Assembly (NCBI RefSeq): GCF_018398935.1
Contig: NZ_CP074694.1
Location: 6,540,001-6,572,000, forward strand
Source of the DNA: Telmatocola sphagniphila
GTDB lineage: Bacteria; Planctomycetota; Planctomycetia; Gemmatales; Gemmataceae
Direction: 5' to 3'
Length of the DNA: 32,000 nucleotides
Shown one piece after another: positions 28,601 to 32,000 of the stretch (its first letter is position 1; the number at the start of each line of letters is the position of its first letter). Below the pieces are notes generated by a model. It did not search any database, was not told the DNA's origin, and worked only from the letters and a program-made list of their open reading frames with translations. Both the position numbers and the translations under genes were made by a program.

Positions 28601-29989
28601 GATATTCGGTTGCTGGGCCACCAGGATGCCGCCGTTCCAGAATTCGAATCCGGTCGGGCAATGCAGGCCATCGGCAAAGACGGTGCACTTATCGGCCACA
28701 CCCGTACCTTTGGTGTCTTCCAGAATCAGGATCTTGTCGTTCATCTGATCTTTTGGCTTCCAGTGCGGGTAGGAATTCCAGGTGGCTACCCACAACCGGC
28801 CCTGGGTGTCCCAGGTCATTTGCACCGGTTTAATCAGATCCGGGAACATCTTCTCATCGGCGAAGAGGTTCACCTTCATGCCTTTGCCAACCGTCATCTT
28901 GGAGATGGCTTCTTTGCCATCGAGGAACTGGTGCAGGCCGCCCGCTAAGGGGCCCGGCTTGTTGGTTTGAACCGGAATGAAATCCTTGGTTTTCGAATCG
29001 TCGATGGTGTAGTTTTCACCTTTGCAAACGGCCCAGATCTTGTGATCGCGCAGTTCGCACATTTCATCGAGAATTTCCATTTCGCGCTGGGCGACGACGC
29101 GGTTGGTCTGGCCGCCGACGAATTTCAGGTCGGCCCGGCCGCCGTAGACCGAGTAGCCATCAACCGTGCGGTAACGCATGAACCAGTGGAAGTTGAGATC
29201 TTTTACCGCCGTGCGAATCTCTTCAAATTTGGGGCTCGGAGGTGTCGGCCCGAACAGGCTAGTATCGATGATCTTGGCCAGTTCGGCATTGCCGTGATCG
29301 TTCAGATGGACGCCGTTGATGGTCCAGGGGCGGGTAGCGGCGGGATAGGCGTTCAAGGTCGGGTGGAACAGGTCGACGAATACGACCTTATTGGCCTTGG
29401 CCACATCGGCCATCGCCTGCGTGTACAGACTCAACCGGCGGTTATGTTCTTTGCCGTCTGGTAGGTTGGTGCTGTGCAGATTTTCGAAGGCAATGGGGGA
29501 GAAGAGAACGATTCGTTGGATTTGTTTGTAAGGGCCTTTGCTTGCAGAGCGGCCACCGGTGCTCGCTTGCACGCCGAAGGGTTTGCCTTCGCGGGTGGCG
29601 ACAACCCACTCCGTCAGGTCCTTTTTGAATTTTTCGAGCCCGGCGGTATCGCCGTAGGATTCGTTGTAGCCGAAGAAGGCGAAGATCACGTTGGCGCCTA
29701 CTTTTTCCTGCCATTGGGCCGGTTCGCCGAACGCGGCGGAGCGGAAGCGGATCGTGAGTTCATCGCCGCTGTAGCCGAGGTTGCGGATGGTCAGGTCGTG
29801 TTTGGGGAAGCGGGAGTGCAGGTAGGTTTCGAGGTAACCTTCGTGCTGCATCCGGTCGGGCAGGGTATTGCCGACGAGGGCGATGTGGTCTTTGGGTTGG
29901 AGTTCGAGTTTTTCCTGGGTGTAGCCTTGGGAATTGATGCAAAGTAGCATCGCCAGTAGGAGTACTGGCCGGAAGGAGAGAAAACGCAT
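25628..29989 (-). CDS. PVC-type giant secreted protein: SGNH-like domain + glucose/sorbosone-dehydrogenase-like beta-propeller + HEAT repeats + cytochrome c (CxxCH) domain + C-terminal beta-sandwich
   Basis: Signal peptide [22 protein letters not shown]. An SGNH-like block occupies aa ~35-245. The propeller region contains [25 protein letters not shown] and [21 protein letters not shown]. HEAT-like DxxxRVR repeats are present ([28 protein letters not shown]). The heme motif [19 protein letters not shown] places CMKCH at nt 26459-26473. Confidence 0.85.
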   Translation of the reverse strand: [1453 protein letters not shown]

Positions 29990-30286
29990 TTCGGGACCTC
30001 AAAGTGTCGAACGATCAAGGCAGGTACTATTTCTTTTAGCCTAATCGCGCGGGTTTGTCCAAGTACTTTATTTTAGGGCCGCTATCATTCGGACAGGCAA
30101 ATTTTCAAACGATTGGGAAAATGAGCGAACCAAAAAAAATGGGCGATCTCTGCTAAAGGAGTGGGGTAGAACTCATGGACGGGGAAGAAATTGCCGATAA
30201 GCTAGAACGAGCTATCAAAATCCTCGGAAAACACGCATTTTCCAAGGATCGAAAATGGCTGAGTACATTTTGCAAAACCGTCACTC

Positions 30287-30311
30287 CCCGGTTCGAATCC
30301 GGGCGAGGCCT
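30287..30311 (+). other. tRNA 3'-half-like fragment (T-arm plus 3' acceptor strand), possible att core
   Basis: CCCGG-TTCGAAT-CCGGG (30287-30303) is a canonical T stem-loop, followed by 7 nt (CGAGGCC) and a T. I found no complementary 5' acceptor strand (GGCCTCG, or G-U variants) and no foldable D or anticodon arms in the 300 nt upstream. Confidence 0.35.
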
Positions 30312-30425
30312 CTCGTTCTAACCTGTTGCCGTAAGCCCCTTTATGGCTTAACCTCTCCCATCGAGAGTGCGGCGGTTTCTGGCTGAATTTTGGGTATCAT
30401 ACCCAAATTCGGCATGGAGGCCGCA

Positions 30426-31658
30426 ATGTCCAAGAAGCTCCCCCAACTCCGATTACACCGTCCGTCCGGCCAGTATTACTGGTGGAATGGCCAACTCAAA
30501 AGACGAATCCACTGCGGCCTCATCAAGGCCGAAGCGGAGAAGAAATACCATCGAGACATGGTTCGTTATGCCGAGAGGCTAGTCTCGCCCCAGCCCCTCG
30601 AACAATCACTCACTCGCTTGGATGATCCGACCGTCGCCCAGGCCCTGGCGGCTTACGTGCGACATGCTCAGGGATACTACTCTCACGACAAAAGGACTCA
30701 ATCCCGGATCAGCCAAGCGACGCAGGCGGTCGTCGAGCTCTATGGAGATCTTCCCGCTCGGGAGTTTCGCGCCAAGCATCTCAAAGCAGTTCGCGCTTAC
30801 CTGGTCGATACGCGTAAAGAACGAAGGGAGCATCTGAAGTCCCGCAAGCCTCGACCTTTGTCGCGTCGTTATATCAATCACCTGGTCGCGGCCATCCGAG
30901 CTGCCTGGCGTTGGCTGGGAGTGGAAGAAATCATTCCCGATGAAGCCGCCACGAGCGTGATGCTCGTCAGCGATCTCTCCGAAGGCAGAGGCGGTGTCGA
31001 GCGGGGCCGTGTGATGCCCGTTCCTGGTTGGGTCGTCGAAGCCACGCTGCACTTCTGTAACCCTGTGATCGCCGCCATGATTCGCGTGCAGCTTCTGCTC
31101 GGATGTCGGCCTTCGGAAATAGCTCGCCTCAAAAGGGGAGATCTCTCGACGTCGGTCACCGAGCTCGTGAAAGTTCCCCGCTCGAATGAGACGATTCGGG
31201 CCAGAGTGGTCAACGATCAGCTGATCTGGCTCGGAGTGCCGGGATCTCACAAAACGATCCGACTCGGCAAATTGAGAGTGCTCGCCTTTGGACCCCAAGC
31301 TCAAGAAATCCTAAAACCTTTCCTCGATCGCAATCCGGAGGAGTATCTGTTCTCGACGATTGAAGGGGGCCAGCGCGGGCCTAGAAAAGGTAAAGGGTTC
31401 TACGAGACTTCGACGTACGGCCAGGCGGTAATGCGTGCTGTCCTGCGGGCCAACGAAGTGAGAGCCAAGGAACAACTGCCACTCATTCCCCACTGGACTC
31501 CGAATCAGTTAAGGCACAGTCGCGCTACCGAGATCGTGGAAAGGTTTGACGAATCCCACGCGACGGCCGCACTCGGCCATTCCTCGCCCAGGATGCTCAG
31601 CGTCTACGCCGAACAGGCGATCGGCAAGGCTATCGAGGTCGCGCGTCTGGCGGGCTAG
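30426..31658 (+). CDS. tyrosine-type site-specific recombinase/integrase
   Basis: Catalytic-domain residues are present: LLGCRPSEIARL (Arg), WTPNQLRHSRATEI (HxxR) and ALGHSSPRMLSVYA (His...Tyr). The N-terminal KLPQLRLHRPSGQYY resembles the 'P.YRLHK.SGQ' N-terminus I recall from PVC-group integrases. The ATG at 30426 follows GGAGG by 5 nt; the track start at 30390 is less likely. Confidence 0.88.
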   Translation: MSKKLPQLRLHRPSGQYYWWNGQLKRRIHCGLIKAEAEKKYHRDMVRYAERLVSPQPLEQSLTRLDDPTVAQALAAYVRHAQGYYSHDKRTQSRISQATQAVVELYGDLPAREFRAKHLKAVRAYLVDTRKERREHLKSRKPRPLSRRYINHLVAAIRAAWRWLGVEEIIPDEAATSVMLVSDLSEGRGGVERGRVMPVPGWVVEATLHFCNPVIAAMIRVQLLLGCRPSEIARLKRGDLSTSVTELVKVPRSNETIRARVVNDQLIWLGVPGSHKTIRLGKLRVLAFGPQAQEILKPFLDRNPEEYLFSTIEGGQRGPRKGKGFYETSTYGQAVMRAVLRANEVRAKEQLPLIPHWTPNQLRHSRATEIVERFDESHATAALGHSSPRMLSVYAEQAIGKAIEVARLAG

Positions 31659-31712
31659 TTTGTCAATAAAGACGGATATTTTTGATCTGATCTGGACGTT
31701 ACTTCAAGTGTG

Positions 31713-32000
31713 TCAAACTAAACCATATCGCATTCGGGTGTATTCGAACGCCTCGTCGATCCAGTCCTCAAACCCTTCTGGAAGATCTGGGCTGGTCAGC
31801 ATGATGCAGCCTTTTGATAATTGCGACTCCTGATCCTCTTTGCTGCGTTCCATCTTCAACCGTTGGAGCGGGCCGTTTGCTGTAATGAAGCGACTATCGG
31901 GTCTGACTCGCAGCTCCCATAACAGAGCATCGCCTCTTGGCTCAAAAATTGAGAGTATGTGCTTTCTGTCTGAGTTGGGATTCTCCCAACCAACTCGGAC
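31713..32000 (-). CDS. hypothetical protein, 3' portion only (gene continues beyond the window)
   Basis: The minus-strand frame is open for all 96 codons from the window edge (VRVGWENPNSDRKHILSIFEPRGDALLWELRVRPDSRF...PEGFEDWIDEAFEYTRMRYGLV) to the TGA at 31713-31715. It is missing from the ORF track only because its start lies outside the window. No family recognised. Confidence 0.4.
   Translation of the reverse strand, partial: VRVGWENPNSDRKHILSIFEPRGDALLWELRVRPDSRFITANGPLQRLKMERSKEDQESQLSKGCIMLTSPDLPEGFEDWIDEAFEYTRMRYGLV

Noticed and set aside
23268-28948. Long plus-strand ORFs antisense to speA and the 1453-aa gene: 23268-24602 (444 aa), 25640-26956 (438 aa) and 27056-28948 (630 aa).
   Set aside because: The shadow-ORF explanation applies here too. 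Each lies opposite a confidently identified gene, has a biased R/G/L/F/D composition and crosses gene boundaries without regard to them.
30076-30314. Possible tmRNA (ssrA). The stretches GGGCCGCTATCATTCGGACAGGC and GGGGTAGAACTCATGGACGGGG loosely resemble the tmRNA 5' end, and there is a T-arm at 30287-30303.
   Set aside because: The candidate 5' strands do not pair with the 3' acceptor strand CGAGGCC. The span (about 150-240 nt) is too short for a one-piece tmRNA. No Ala-resume tag ORF ending in a hydrophobic ...AA stop is visible.
30230-30314. A complete tRNA upstream of the integrase.
   Set aside because: Only the T-arm and 3' acceptor-like strand are convincing. The upstream hairpins (GGAAAA/TTTTCC and AAAATG/CATTTT) do not give canonical D or anticodon arms. 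No 5' acceptor strand exists, so it is reported only as a fragment.

Overview
This window is dense, mostly core-genome sequence of about 55% GC. It is probably from a member of the Planctomycetota / PVC group. That guess rests on the PVC-type giant heme-binding dehydrogenase, the DUF1569, DUF58 and DUF4175-like proteins, and the 'PSGQ' N-terminus of the integrase. I support 28 CDS.

Plus-strand genes on the left are a UDPGP-family pyrophosphorylase (5' partial), manC, ruvX, a small Cys-rich secreted protein and a POT peptide transporter.

A minus-strand run then contains a 1668-aa DUF4175-like coiled-coil membrane protein, a minimal SET-domain protein, ybeY and a rhodanese. A PPi-dependent phosphofructokinase follows on the plus strand.

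Next on the minus strand comes a complete F1Fo ATP synthase operon in the order atpZ-atpI-atpB-atpE-atpF-atpH-atpA-atpG-[DUF1569]-atpD-atpC, followed downstream by a secreted two-repeat protein. Upstream of the operon on the same strand lie speA and a cluster made of a 1453-aa signal-peptide / SGNH-like / beta-propeller / HEAT / CxxCH protein, DUF58 and a DUF4381-like protein.

The right edge holds a tRNA 3'-half-like fragment, a tyrosine integrase and a partial ORF. This is probably the start of an integrated element whose cargo lies outside the window.

I found no CRISPR array, rRNA, intact tRNA or recognisable defence system. The items most worth a second look are:
- the unusual features of the ATP synthase operon: an embedded DinB/DUF1569 gene, an epsilon subunit lacking its C-terminal domain, an alpha-subunit insertion, signal-like extensions on subunits b and c, and structured spacers
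- the tight giant-protein / SET gene pair
- the DUF58 + DUF4381 pair, with no MoxR, coupled to the giant dehydrogenase
- the POT transporter, which carries an extra domain in the same TM9-TM10 position as the mammalian SLC15 extracellular domain

All homology calls come from motif recognition by eye. No searches were run.
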